A stretch of DNA of 64,000 bases from a virus (IMGVR_UViG_3300010885_018971:26796-90795); one strand, 5' to 3'. Counted from the stretch's first letter, positions 17,708 to 28,396 are shown. Notes: generated by a model not told the origin, from the sequence alone. Program-made: numbers and translations.

Positions 17708-18126
17708 TAAAGTTCACCACGTTCCATTAAAATTTTCTTGTTTGCTTGGTGCTCTGTTTGTGTTAAATCTTTGTTTTCACCTTTATATGGAACTGCATAA
17801 TTATTTTTTATTAGCCAGTCATTTACTTGTGTTCCATCTTCCAGAATAAAAACACCAAGGATCCTACCAAACTTATCATCATTATTATCTGACCTTTGGG
17901 TTTCAATAATTTGCCAAGAACCGACAGGAAGTTTTTCTCCCAGTTTCTTTTTAGATAAAAGACCTCTTGGTTTTTCTTCTTTATTCGTAGTTCTAGATTC
18001 AGGTGTATCAATCCCAGCCATGCGAACACGTTGGTTTGCTAATACAATATTAAACCCTAAGTCTAAATCAATATCAACAGTATCACCATCAAGAACTTTA
18101 TTAATTTTACATTTATATTGGTACAT
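17707..18126 (-). CDS. SNase/thermonuclease-like nuclease
   Basis: KVLDGDTVD.D.DLGF, RVRMAGIDTPESRT, KFGRILG. Confidence 0.9.
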   Translation of the reverse strand: MYQYKCKINKVLDGDTVDIDLDLGFNIVLANQRVRMAGIDTPESRTTNKEEKPRGLLSKKKLGEKLPVGSWQIIETQRSDNNDDKFGRILGVFILEDGTQVNDWLIKNNYAVPYKGENKDLTQTEHQANKKILMERGEL

Positions 18127-18133
18127 AATATCC

Positions 18134-18538
18134 TCAGTCGTTACGAGTATTTCTAGTTGGTGGATCAGCAGGATCTAAACCACCACTGAATTGTGTAAGA
18201 GTTGGCTTAACTGTTAGTGGTATGCCAGATAATGTAGGTAATGCGGTTTGTGCAACTGGTGCAGGTACATTACTTGCCGCCCCTGCTACCTTTTCTTGCG
18301 TACGACCCCATGCTGCGATACCTAGAACAGCACCCATTGCCAAGTGAAATAAACCAGCACCTTGTAGTGTTAGTGGATTCCATTGAGTTACTGGCTGTTT
18401 TAGAGAGGCTTGCAGGATTGACCATGCGACAGGAAATATGATCATATCACAAAAACAAACAATCATGTACATCCAACCCATGGCTGGGCGCCATTTCTTT
18501 TGCATCCAGTCTTCATCTTTTTTAACTTCTTCTGCCAT
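18134..18538 (-). CDS. putative holin (GTA 3TM holin-like)
   Basis: WRPAMGW.Y, TM segments, LFHLAMGAVLGIAAWGRTQEK. Confidence 0.75.
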   Translation of the reverse strand: MAEEVKKDEDWMQKKWRPAMGWMYMIVCFCDMIIFPVAWSILQASLKQPVTQWNPLTLQGAGLFHLAMGAVLGIAAWGRTQEKVAGAASNVPAPVAQTALPTLSGIPLTVKPTLTQFSGGLDPADPPTRNTRND

Positions 18539-18541
18539 TTA

Positions 18542-18883
18542 TTAATCCTTCATTGCGCCAATTTTCTTCGTCATGCCGATTCTATCTTCAAGAATCGCAA
18601 TGTGTTGACGATTTTCCATGATAGCATCACGGTTCTTTTGAATTTCTTTTTCTAAGTCTTGACGTAGTTTTTCACGGGCTAATTCAGCACCACTGTTGCT
18701 GGCTTGCTTGTTGTCTGTGGTTACTACTAGACTTACCTTCTGATTGAGAATAGTTACATCGTGCGATATCGCTCCTAACGCACTGATCAAATATCCTGTT
18801 GAACCAATTAGTAGTGGCAATAGGGCAAACAATAGTTTCTCTATAAATGCACCCTTTTGACTTTCTTTGTTTTCATCTGCCAT
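18542..18883 (-). CDS. membrane-anchored coiled-coil protein
   Basis: start MADENK after AAGGAG; one TM then heptads; adjacent to holin. Confidence 0.7.
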   Translation of the reverse strand: MADENKESQKGAFIEKLLFALLPLLIGSTGYLISALGAISHDVTILNQKVSLVVTTDNKQASNSGAELAREKLRQDLEKEIQKNRDAIMENRQHIAILEDRIGMTKKIGAMKD

Positions 18884-18911
18884 GTTATTCTCCTTATTGT
18901 TATTATTGTTA

Positions 18912-19646
18912 TTACCAACCATCGCCAAAACCACCTATATCTCCCATAGGATTACCATTGGAAATAATAGTTGAGTCGTTAAAAATTCCATTAATTAAAT
19001 TTACTGCTCGGTTTATTGTAGAACCAGTAGTAAAGTTCTGGGTATCTCCCTGAAGATTTAATTCAGATCTATTAACATAAGCACTCTGTGGAACTAAAGG
19101 TTTGCTAGTTACTTCAGCATCCCAATATTTGTACATCATACTTACAGTAACTTTCATAATATCTTTTTGATCATATCCAATTTGAACTGCACTAACAGTT
19201 TTAGGATATGCTTCATACATTTTGACTATATACATAGCATCGTCATTCATGTTCTCAACCCAGATTGTCATTTCTGGACTAATGTAGTTTTTATAATAAT
19301 TGAAGTTTCTTGTATTTCCCTGTTGAATACTTTTAATCCACTGGTCAAAAATACCTTTAACAATCATATCTCCATCAACATAAAAACTAAATTGAAGAGG
19401 ATCATAGTTAAACTCATAAGGCATTTCGCGAACTTCACCGAATGTTCTAATTTGAGTAGTATTAACATTCAATCCAGGAAGTGATGCTGAGTCACAAAAC
19501 AAATGCATTCTCTGAAAATCATACTCGCTGTAAGTACCGATCGATCTAATTGTTTGCGGAAGAGCCATCTCAATGCTATATCGGTTGGCTTTCGCCATAC
19601 CAGAACTCTTGTGAATCTCTCCGATGAAATCTGCTATGTTGCTCAT
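18912..19646 (-). CDS. 54: baseplate tail tube initiator gp54-like
   Basis: G.AK.NRY, CDSASLPG, F..D.D......FD.W, YY..Y, AYPK.V; start MSNIADF. Confidence 0.8.
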   Translation of the reverse strand: MSNIADFIGEIHKSSGMAKANRYSIEMALPQTIRSIGTYSEYDFQRMHLFCDSASLPGLNVNTTQIRTFGEVREMPYEFNYDPLQFSFYVDGDMIVKGIFDQWIKSIQQGNTRNFNYYKNYISPEMTIWVENMNDDAMYIVKMYEAYPKTVSAVQIGYDQKDIMKVTVSMMYKYWDAEVTSKPLVPQSAYVNRSELNLQGDTQNFTTGSTINRAVNLINGIFNDSTIISNGNPMGDIGGFGDGW

Positions 19647-20248
19647 GAAGTTGCCTGTGCGATAGAATCTTTCCAAACACGTTCTTTATTAGATTTAACA
19701 AAGCGTTCAACAGGAAGCAACATTGCAGTTGCCCAATCAGCCGAATCGACTTTCTTAAATGGAGACTTCACGTGGTCGGTCAAGTAATGTTTGATACATG
19801 GTTCAGCTGCTTTGTATTTTGATACACCAGAGATGAGTGACCATGAGTATTTTAATCGTGTAGTTCCATCCATCTTATCATTGTTCTTGAATGTCATTAG
19901 ACGATCAAGCAGTTGGATTCTAAGTGGGTATGGAAGATAATGCATATTCAATCCCATAAAACCTCCAGGGATTGATGCGTACGGAAACACTAAAGGGAAT
20001 CTATCATAGTACGGTAAAGTTGCTTTCAACTTTGGATCGTAGAAGAACATGTATAAATTACCAGGAATAATTCTAGCCTTTAGGTTAGTAGTATCCCTCA
20101 TTATTCGGTTTGGTGTTATCCCTTGCTTATTTAAAAGCAATACCTGTTGGGCATACCATGCGCGAGACTTCTTCACCGAAGTTTTGAGGTCGTATTTATT
20201 ACGCTCAAAAACATCGAGCATGGATGGATTTTTAGATGTAGTAGCCAT
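19643..20248 (-). CDS. 2: DNA end protector gp2
   Basis: YMFFYDPK.K.TLPYYDRFPLV, GLNMHYLP, CIKHYL..HV. Confidence 0.92.
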   Translation of the reverse strand: MATTSKNPSMLDVFERNKYDLKTSVKKSRAWYAQQVLLLNKQGITPNRIMRDTTNLKARIIPGNLYMFFYDPKLKATLPYYDRFPLVFPYASIPGGFMGLNMHYLPYPLRIQLLDRLMTFKNNDKMDGTTRLKYSWSLISGVSKYKAAEPCIKHYLTDHVKSPFKKVDSADWATAMLLPVERFVKSNKERVWKDSIAQATS

Positions 20249-20262
20249 ATTACTTATTTAGG

Positions 20263-20700
20263 TCATTTAAGACCAAGTTCATGCTCAGTTATTATCTTAA
20301 ATTCCCAGCCACGATCCTTTGAATACTCGGTGGCAGCCTTCCATTTTGCTTGATTCTTTATAAAGGCAAGAGACTCTGTCAGGTATCTCTGGGTTTGTTT
20401 TCCAGGATAGACTGGGGGTTGGGTTTGAGAAGCTGGTTTTACCTCGATCAAGAAGGTTTTAAGTAAACCATCTTTGTTCCTAATTTGTATTTGGAAGTCT
20501 ACGAAATAACGATGAATCTTATCATCAGTTGGGCAACGATACGGTATTATTGTTTCTTCTGATTTCCATTTAACGACTGATGGATTCTTGTCACACCATG
20601 AGGCAAACCTAGTCTCCCAGGAACTTCTCATAATTATACAAGTTGGATCCCCAGAGTATTTTTCTGGAAAAACAGGCACAAATCTTCTTTTATGGAACAT
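20263..20700 (-). CDS. 4: head completion nuclease gp4
   Basis: KY.GDP..I..RSSWE, W.SEE..IPY, HRYFVDF, IEVKP..QT, NQAKW.AA, ITE.EL. Confidence 0.95.
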   Translation of the reverse strand: MFHKRRFVPVFPEKYSGDPTCIIMRSSWETRFASWCDKNPSVVKWKSEETIIPYRCPTDDKIHRYFVDFQIQIRNKDGLLKTFLIEVKPASQTQPPVYPGKQTQRYLTESLAFIKNQAKWKAATEYSKDRGWEFKIITEHELGLK

Positions 20701-20729
20701 AAATATTATAAGGAATAAATAACCACTTT

Positions 20730-20758
20730 TATTTAGACTACTGCTCGTAACCTAAATA
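20730..20758. promoter_or_regulatory. divergent pair of late promoters (CTAAATA on each strand)
   Basis: TATTTAG at 20730-20736 and CTAAATA at 20752-20758 between divergent gp4 and gp48. Confidence 0.7.
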
Positions 20759-20786
20759 ATGATATAGCCAACTAAAAGAGAAACCA

Positions 20787-21893
20787 ATGGCACTACAAAA
20801 CCTTACACCTGCAAATCGTTTATATGCAGCCACATCTTTTGAGGCTGGAAAATACGACATTCAAAGCACTCAGTACCCTGATGATCTTTATAGTAACACT
20901 CGTGAATATGGTGGAAACTACGCTTTATTCTATATTAATATTGTTCAAGAATCTAAACTTAACACACAATATAGCCAAACTACTTTAGTTGACGACGTAC
21001 CAGTGGGTTTACGAGGAGATCTCGTGGGTCTTAATTTAAGTAAGAATGAATCAATTAGCGCATCTGCATTAGCTGGATTTTTTGGTGGTGCTCTTGCTGG
21101 TGGAGCATTAAATGTTGGTTCTATTAAAACTGGAATTAAGGCTGGTGCTGCTGGCGCAGTTTATGGTTCTTTAGCAACCCAAGCAATACCACTATCAACT
21201 AATGCTGAGACGTTGTCTCGTAGTCAACAGAAACGAACAAAACATGCTATCGCTTTACACATCCCAAACCAGTTAAACATTAATTATAGCGTTGACTGGC
21301 AGACTGATGAAACTTTTGCCTTTCAGGCAGCTGCAGTTGCCAACAGAGAATTAGCAAAAGCTATTTCTACGGGAGCCAAGAAAAATTCCGATAAAGCAGA
21401 TGAAGTCCAAACTGCTCAAATGGGTTCTATCGCACAAGCTATTGCTTTAAGAACAGCACCTGGGATTGGTGGTGCATTATCCGCTGCAACAGGAAACTCT
21501 GCTAATCCAAAGAAAGAACAAATATTTAAGAGCGTAAATTTTCGAGAGTTTACTTTAGATTATACATTCTCTCCAAGAGATGCTGCAGAAGCACAGGCTG
21601 TACGAAATATCATTTATCTATTCAAATTACATATGCACCCAGAGTACAAAGATGAGAATGGATTCATATTCGTGTATCCTTCTGAATTTGATATTACATA
21701 TTATCAGGGTGGCAAAGAAAACTTAAATTTACATAGACACCCTTCTTGCGTACTAAAAGGTATGTCGGTAAACTATACACCTAATGGCGCATTTAATACG
21801 TTTGAGGATGGCATGCCAACTCAAATTAACATACAATTACAATTCTTAGAATTGGCTATCCTTACTAAAGAAACTATTCAGGCTAACTACTAA
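20787..21893 (+). CDS. 48: baseplate tail tube cap gp48
   Basis: NP.KEQIF.SV.FR.F...Y.F.PR...EA..V..II..FK..MHP; YPSEFDI; VNYTPNG. Confidence 0.88.
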   Translation: MALQNLTPANRLYAATSFEAGKYDIQSTQYPDDLYSNTREYGGNYALFYINIVQESKLNTQYSQTTLVDDVPVGLRGDLVGLNLSKNESISASALAGFFGGALAGGALNVGSIKTGIKAGAAGAVYGSLATQAIPLSTNAETLSRSQQKRTKHAIALHIPNQLNINYSVDWQTDETFAFQAAAVANRELAKAISTGAKKNSDKADEVQTAQMGSIAQAIALRTAPGIGGALSAATGNSANPKKEQIFKSVNFREFTLDYTFSPRDAAEAQAVRNIIYLFKLHMHPEYKDENGFIFVYPSEFDITYYQGGKENLNLHRHPSCVLKGMSVNYTPNGAFNTFEDGMPTQINIQLQFLELAILTKETIQANY

Positions 21894-22405
21894 TGGCTTA
21901 CTTCAATAAACTTCCAGAGATGCTCTACAATTTCCAAATTGGAGATAAAGAGAGAATGGTTATCGTACGAGATATTACTGCCAACGTAAGAATTGTCAAA
22001 GCAGTTTTAGATTCAATCACGTTATATGATGAGTATGATGTTGTTGATGGCGAAACACCAGAAATTGTTTCAGAGAAAATATACGGCTCTCCAGAATACC
22101 ATTGGGCAATCATGATTGCAAATCTTCGTTTCGATTATCTAAATGATTGGGTAATGCCTTACGATAGATTAGTTCAATACTGTACGGATAAGTATGGTGA
22201 AGGTGAAACTGGTAGTATTCATCACTATGAAGATGAAAATGGATATGTTGTTAATGACGACTATCCTTTGGCAACACCAATCGATAATATAACTTATGAG
22301 AGTCGTATTAATGAATCAAAACGCAGAATTAAAATTGTTTCAAAACCAATTATTCAGCAAATGGTGAATGAATTTGATACATTAATGAACCCAAATGGCA
22401 TCTAA
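21893..22405 (+). CDS. 53: baseplate wedge gp53
   Basis: YF..LP, DGETPE.VS.KIYG...YHW.I, HHYE, NE.KR.IK. Confidence 0.92.
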   Translation: MAYFNKLPEMLYNFQIGDKERMVIVRDITANVRIVKAVLDSITLYDEYDVVDGETPEIVSEKIYGSPEYHWAIMIANLRFDYLNDWVMPYDRLVQYCTDKYGEGETGSIHHYEDENGYVVNDDYPLATPIDNITYESRINESKRRIKIVSKPIIQQMVNEFDTLMNPNGI

Positions 22406-23726
22406 TACAAGTTCCAATGTTGTAAGATTTGCTGGCGATATAAACGTCAGTAAAATCACGATCAGTTCTTTAATTACAAATAAAAAATTTAATGTAAAGA
22501 ACCAGCTTTTAACTATTCAAGTTTTTGAAGACATATTTTCACCATTTATTACAGGCAATTTAATCTTTAGAGAATCAGTAGATTTTGCCAGCAATTTTCC
22601 ATTCGTTGGTGAAGAAGTTGTAGATATAGAATTATTTACACCATCATTAAATGAGTCCAATCCACAAGAAGGTGTTATTAAAGGTAGATTCTATATCTAC
22701 AAAATGGCAGATCGTGAAGAACTGGCAAATAGGAATACTGTTTATCAGTTACACTTTATTTCAATAGAAGCTATCACTGATCTTAATGTAAAAATCTCAA
22801 AGGGATTTAGTGGTAAGATATCTGATATCGCAAAAGAACTTCTTGCGAATGAAGGCACACTGTCTACCAAGAAAAAACTTAATATTGAAGAAACGACCAA
22901 TAAAACAAAATATGTTTCTAACTTCTGGTCGCCAATTAAAAACATTAATTTTATTTTAAATACTGCGCAAAACATAAGTAAGTCGCCTACATACATTTTC
23001 TATGAAAGTAGATATGGATTTAATTTTGTTTCATTGGATACATTAAATGAGCAGTCATCGTTTCAAACATTCCAACAATATGATATTAAACAAATTCCAA
23101 ATGCATCTGGTGGATCGGATAGAGATTTAAATTTAGATTATAGAAAAATATCAGATTTAAGTATTCCAGTTAGCCATGACTACATGGATAAAGTCACTTC
23201 TGGTGTATATGGATCTACACTTCTGTTTGTTGATATTGCATCTAAACAATACTTTAATTTGAAAAACTCCATGTTTGATAACTGGGGTAAAGATACTGAT
23301 GAATCGCGTTTAAATCAATATCCAATTTCTTCAAGAAAAATACTATCAACTTATCGATCAACGATGTATAATGATACCATTGAAGTAGGACTATTCAGTG
23401 ATTATGAAGATGTTTCAAATGCAAGAGTTCGTCAAAAACGTATCTCGAGATTAAAACAGGCTGAGGCGCATAAAATACATATTACAGTTCCTGGAAGAAC
23501 TGATTATACTTGCGGTCAAGTTGTGACAGTCATCAAGTATAAAGCAGAGCCAATAGCAAAAGACAAAAGTGACTCTAAAGAAATTTTAGATGGTATCATT
23601 AGCGGAAGATATTTAATAGCTTCGATTAACCATGTAATAGATATAGAAAAACATGAGTGCCACATGACATTAATTAAAGACTCAATGATCATTGATTTGA
23701 ACAGAGGTACGACAACTTATGAATAA
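22395..23726 (+). CDS. baseplate hub protein (gp27-like)
   Basis: EDIFSPFITG, PFVGEE, FYE...GFNF.S, VPG.....G, SGRYLI..I.H; between 53 and 5. Confidence 0.75.
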   Translation: MASNTSSNVVRFAGDINVSKITISSLITNKKFNVKNQLLTIQVFEDIFSPFITGNLIFRESVDFASNFPFVGEEVVDIELFTPSLNESNPQEGVIKGRFYIYKMADREELANRNTVYQLHFISIEAITDLNVKISKGFSGKISDIAKELLANEGTLSTKKKLNIEETTNKTKYVSNFWSPIKNINFILNTAQNISKSPTYIFYESRYGFNFVSLDTLNEQSSFQTFQQYDIKQIPNASGGSDRDLNLDYRKISDLSIPVSHDYMDKVTSGVYGSTLLFVDIASKQYFNLKNSMFDNWGKDTDESRLNQYPISSRKILSTYRSTMYNDTIEVGLFSDYEDVSNARVRQKRISRLKQAEAHKIHITVPGRTDYTCGQVVTVIKYKAEPIAKDKSDSKEILDGIISGRYLIASINHVIDIEKHECHMTLIKDSMIIDLNRGTTTYE

Positions 23727-26700
23727 ATTTTACACAGGTTGCGTAGAAGATAGAAACGATCCATTAAAGTTGGGTCGTTGTCAAGTACGTATTGTTGGTT
23801 TACACACTGAAGACAAAACAGTACTACCAACTAAAGATTTGCCATGGGCATTTCCAGTAACACCTATTACTTCTGCTGGTATTTCAGGTATTGGAACAGC
23901 ACCACTTGGACCAGTGGAAGGTTCATGGGTTCTAATTATGTTCATGGATCCAGACGAGCAGATGCCAATTATGATGGGTACTCTCGGTGGGATCACACAG
24001 ATTCCAAATGCTAAAGATGATCCAGCAAGACTTCAAATCGATAAAGTTGATGCTGATGGTTATATAAACCAATCTGCTGGAGATCCAACTGCAAGTGGCG
24101 GTAATGCCGCAGAAAATCTTCAAGACGGTAAAGTATATACAGATCCAAATGATATTATTGGACCACTGGCTAAACTTATTGCTCAAGGAGAATCAGGGAA
24201 TGCTGGTTATGACGCATTTAATCGTGGCAGTGGAGCACCGAAGGGCACTGGGTCAGTAGGTGGCCAGAAGTTATCAATCTCTGAGATGACAATCAAAGAG
24301 ATTATGGAAAGACAGGCACTCCAACCTGGAATGCCAGACAGATTATTTGCAGTTGGTAAATATCAGTGTATTCCTACGACACTTAAAGATGCTTGTCAGA
24401 AACTTAACATCGATGTAGAACAGACTTTCTCTCCAAACATTCAAGACATTATTTGTCAAGAATATTTGGTTGCACGTAAGCGTTCACGATTGATGGCGTA
24501 TTATAGAAACCCTGATAAGAATAATGAGACTTTCTTAAAAGAAGCTGGTAGGTCTCTTGCTGCTGAATTTGCATCACTTGAAGATCCAAACTTTCCTGGG
24601 TTTCCATATGGTGGCGAGCAGGGAACATATTATAAAAACAAAAATAAAGTAAAAACCAGTTGGTCAACTGTTAAAGAAACTTTAATTCAAGAATGGGAAT
24701 TTAGGAATGACCCTAAAATTCCTTCACCAACTGTAACTGTAGCTGCTGGTGATAAAATTGAACAAGGTACAGACTACACTGGTGTTCAGAAATTAGTTCC
24801 CAAAGATGATTCAAAGTTATCTCCTCCAACACCTTCTGCTGGTGATAGTTTTGTAGGTGGTCTTATTGGAGCAGCACTACCTGACATTGCTGGTGGTGGG
24901 TTTGGTGATTTATTGGGTGATTTTGGAGATTTAGGCGATTTCGGTCTTGGAGATTTAGCATCACTTGGTGATTTAGAATCTCTTGGTTTAGATTTTCAAG
25001 GAATTGCTGATCTTGGTCTTGGAAGTTTAGCTGATTTGGGATTAGGAGATCTTGGTAGTCTTGGAGATCTTGGTGGGTTACTTGGAGATATGGGTCTAGG
25101 TGGACTGGCCAATCTTAATACAGATTTAATTAGTTCTGTAACTTCTTTAACAACACAGTTCTCTGAATTAACAAGTTCATTCAATTTAGATGGTCCACTT
25201 ACCAATATTTTAGCCAGCACAGGTAATGGTGGGTTCAATTTAAATTCATTAGTTGGAAATGCAACAGGTTTAAATGTTAATGGTGTAGACATAAATGGTT
25301 TAGTATCAAAAGCCACTGGTATTAATGTTAATAATTTGGTAAGTCAAGCCACCAATGGTTTGAATGTTAATAATATTATCGGTCAAGCCACCAATGGTTT
25401 GAATGTTAACAATCTAATCAACCAAGCAACTAGTGGATTGAATGTTGGTGGATTTAATGTGGCCAATTTAGCCAATCAGGTAACTGGTGGCACTGGACTT
25501 AATCTTAATAATATAGTTGGAAACGTAACAAATGGTTTAACTGGCGGTACATTTAATCTCAATAATGTAGTTGGACAGTTTACTAATGGTTTGAATGTTA
25601 ATAACATTATTAGTCAGTCGACTGGGTTAAATCCAAATACTCTACTTAATCAATTTGGCGGTTCAATAAATCAGATTGCATCAAACCTTGGTATTCCAAA
25701 TATATCTGGTTCTGTTACTGGTCTTATTGCAAAACTTGGGTTGGTGAATCCAAATGCAAATTCATTAGTTGCAGAACTTACTAGAATTGCTGGATCATCT
25801 ACTGGTCAAGCGACTTCAATATTAACTAGGTTAGAACAAGAACCAACTATTCAGCTTCCAGAAGTTATTGGTGAGACTAAACCAGACGGCACTATTAGCA
25901 CAGGAAGTAACGTAGATCCAAATCTTGGATTCCAAGATCCAAATGGTCAGTATCCAAGATATAAGAATGAGCAAGATACAAATCGTTTGGCTCATGGTAA
26001 CAATCTTGGAAGAACAATTGTCATGGAGAAAGAAGCTGCGCAGAAATTAGATGTGCGCATTGCTAATGGTGGTACATGGGATCAATCACCAATTCCTTAT
26101 AATGCGGTATATCCATACAATAAAGTTACTCAAACCGAATCTGGACATGTAGTTGAATTTGATGATACTCCAGGTTCAGAACGTATTCACTTCTATCATA
26201 GATCTGGTTCGTTTACAGAAACTGATGCTAATGGCACACGAGTTAATCGAATAGTTGGTGATGGATACGAAATTCTAGAACGTAATGGTTACGTTTACGT
26301 CAAAGGTGCATTGAATGTATCTGTTGATGGAGCATTAAATCTTCGTACAGATAACATTTTTAACTTAGAAGTCTCTGGTGCTGCAAACATTAATATTTAC
26401 AACGATGCTAATGTTAATGTTAGTGGTAACACTAATATGGCTGTTGGTGGAACATTCAATCTAAAAGCCAACAAAATTAATATGGAGTCAGAAGGTCAAT
26501 TTAATATTAAAGCTGGAACTGGTTTAAATATGCAATCTGGTAAAGATATGAATATCTATTCTGAAGGATCTGTATTCGTTGAAGCCGACAGTGATATTCA
26601 TAATAAAGCAACTGGTGGTATATTTACTGAAAGCGATGAAGATATAAATGTTAAGTCTGGTGGGTTGATTAACCTTGATAGCGATTCAAGTACTAATATT

Positions 26701-27765
26701 AGTTCTGGAATGAAGGTTAACGTACAAGCAACTACTAACTTGAACTTAAAAGCAAATGTATATGCTACATTGAGTTCATTGGCTGCTGTTGATATTAAAG
26801 CCACTGGTTTGGTTAATATTGATGGTACACTTATTAACTTGAATAATGGTATTGCTACTGGCGCTGGTTCAGCCACTGCAGGTAGAGGTGCTAAGCCAGC
26901 TGGATATGCTGGACAGGCAGATATTGAAATTCCAATTGAAACTCGTGGAACTTCTGGTGTTGTTTCATTACCACAATTAAGTGTTCCTACCCGTGGATCA
27001 GAAACTGCATTCGAAACTAATGATAAGAGTGTTGGACGTGATGATCTTGCAACTTATCGTGCAAATAGAATAGCAAAGAATGAAACATCTGCAGTTGATA
27101 TTACATCAGATACTTTCGCTAAAGATGTTGCTAAACCATCTGGAACTTCTTCTGGTGCAGTAATTGTTAATGTTTCAACTATTAAGAATATGTCTCCAGA
27201 TGCATTTAATGCAGGTATGAGATTATCAAAGAATTGGACACTCGGTGAGTTGACTAAAGGTGGAACTAGAATTCCAAAGATGACTTATATTGTTCCTTCC
27301 TCTAAAGGTGGACCAAGAGATACTAGCCTTACTCCGCAAGATATTGTTGCTAACTTAAAAATCTTGTGTGATAATATTCTTGAACCAATTACTGAAGAGT
27401 ATGGTAAGAATTCATTCACTATTACTAGTTGCTTCAGAAGATGTTCCAATGGACCAAATGATCCAGGAGATCTAGGATTGCGAGATTCAAGTGGGAACTT
27501 TATTCCAGAGCATGGTGATCATGTGAAGGGAAGTGCTGTTGATATTACGTTCAAAGAAGGTAAGGCTAAAACTTATTCTGTATGTAAAGAATTACCAACT
27601 GTATTGACAAGTTGGAATCAGTTGATCATGGAATATGACAGAGGTGGTTCAGCTTATTGGATCCATGCTTCTATCAAACAGAATGGAAATAATGGCCACT
27701 GCTTCAGTATGAATAATCATAAGATGTGTGTGGCTTCTGTCAACTCAGGATTTGTGTTAGTATAA
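23719..27765 (+). CDS. 5: baseplate central spike gp5 with lysozyme-like and C-terminal peptidase M15-like domains
   Basis: GCVEDRNDPLKLGRCQVRI OB fold; AVGKYQ.IP.TL; YPYNKV..TESGH..EFDDTPG.ER; beta-helix repeats; ITS.FR..H..G.AVDI..WIH.S. Confidence 0.92.
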   Translation: MNKFYTGCVEDRNDPLKLGRCQVRIVGLHTEDKTVLPTKDLPWAFPVTPITSAGISGIGTAPLGPVEGSWVLIMFMDPDEQMPIMMGTLGGITQIPNAKDDPARLQIDKVDADGYINQSAGDPTASGGNAAENLQDGKVYTDPNDIIGPLAKLIAQGESGNAGYDAFNRGSGAPKGTGSVGGQKLSISEMTIKEIMERQALQPGMPDRLFAVGKYQCIPTTLKDACQKLNIDVEQTFSPNIQDIICQEYLVARKRSRLMAYYRNPDKNNETFLKEAGRSLAAEFASLEDPNFPGFPYGGEQGTYYKNKNKVKTSWSTVKETLIQEWEFRNDPKIPSPTVTVAAGDKIEQGTDYTGVQKLVPKDDSKLSPPTPSAGDSFVGGLIGAALPDIAGGGFGDLLGDFGDLGDFGLGDLASLGDLESLGLDFQGIADLGLGSLADLGLGDLGSLGDLGGLLGDMGLGGLANLNTDLISSVTSLTTQFSELTSSFNLDGPLTNILASTGNGGFNLNSLVGNATGLNVNGVDINGLVSKATGINVNNLVSQATNGLNVNNIIGQATNGLNVNNLINQATSGLNVGGFNVANLANQVTGGTGLNLNNIVGNVTNGLTGGTFNLNNVVGQFTNGLNVNNIISQSTGLNPNTLLNQFGGSINQIASNLGIPNISGSVTGLIAKLGLVNPNANSLVAELTRIAGSSTGQATSILTRLEQEPTIQLPEVIGETKPDGTISTGSNVDPNLGFQDPNGQYPRYKNEQDTNRLAHGNNLGRTIVMEKEAAQKLDVRIANGGTWDQSPIPYNAVYPYNKVTQTESGHVVEFDDTPGSERIHFYHRSGSFTETDANGTRVNRIVGDGYEILERNGYVYVKGALNVSVDGALNLRTDNIFNLEVSGAANINIYNDANVNVSGNTNMAVGGTFNLKANKINMESEGQFNIKAGTGLNMQSGKDMNIYSEGSVFVEADSDIHNKATGGIFTESDEDINVKSGGLINLDSDSSTNISSGMKVNVQATTNLNLKANVYATLSSLAAVDIKATGLVNIDGTLINLNNGIATGAGSATAGRGAKPAGYAGQADIEIPIETRGTSGVVSLPQLSVPTRGSETAFETNDKSVGRDDLATYRANRIAKNETSAVDITSDTFAKDVAKPSGTSSGAVIVNVSTIKNMSPDAFNAGMRLSKNWTLGELTKGGTRIPKMTYIVPSSKGGPRDTSLTPQDIVANLKILCDNILEPITEEYGKNSFTITSCFRRCSNGPNDPGDLGLRDSSGNFIPEHGDHVKGSAVDITFKEGKAKTYSVCKELPTVLTSWNQLIMEYDRGGSAYWIHASIKQNGNNGHCFSMNNHKMCVASVNSGFVLV

Positions 27766-27766
27766 A

Positions 27767-28396
27767 ATGGCACTAAAAATAACTCAGTCTAATCTTGTTG
27801 GGTTTGAGGTAATCCCAGGAGACGAACTAGATGTAATTAGAGCAGGAACTGGTGGAGAGGATGGCTCTGGTGGTACAATACCTCAGACTTATTTACCAAC
27901 AGTTTACGAATCAATGCCGTATTCTATTGATTTAACATTCGAGGGATTATATGCAACACCAACTGAACCACCAACTTATACAACTTTACCAGCAACTCTG
28001 GTAACTACTACCTTTAATTGGGCTTCTGTTGGATTAATATACACACCATTAACTGTTAATAGTATTAGGATATCTGGTGCATCATCTTACGACTTCAATA
28101 CTCAATATTATAATTTTGTTAAACCAGATTACAATACTCAAACATTACCACCACCAACATCGCCTCCATTTAATTTGATATATGAATATAGTCTACCAAC
28201 TAATAAATCACAAAAACTTACATATGCTAGTATTTTTGTTACAATTCCCCCAGATCCACTTGACTCAATTCCTATAGGTATTATAACAGTTGATATGGAA
28301 CAATGGATTCATTGGTCATTCGCAAGTGCTAGAGCGAAAGTTTTATTCTTAAAAGCAAATGGTAGTATTCCAACTAACCTACCACCAAAAGTATAA
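27767..28396 (+). CDS. hypothetical baseplate-associated protein
   Basis: 209 aa between gp5 and PAAR. Confidence 0.7.
   Translation: MALKITQSNLVGFEVIPGDELDVIRAGTGGEDGSGGTIPQTYLPTVYESMPYSIDLTFEGLYATPTEPPTYTTLPATLVTTTFNWASVGLIYTPLTVNSIRISGASSYDFNTQYYNFVKPDYNTQTLPPPTSPPFNLIYEYSLPTNKSQKLTYASIFVTIPPDPLDSIPIGIITVDMEQWIHWSFASARAKVLFLKANGSIPTNLPPKV

Noticed and set aside
18542-18883. i-spanin next to the holin
   Set aside because: TM plus coiled-coil topology fits, but no partner lipoprotein (o-spanin lipobox) was found nearby
20263-20700. TnsA-like transposase or homing endonuclease
   Set aside because: Motifs and position next to gp2 and opposite gp48 match head completion protein gp4
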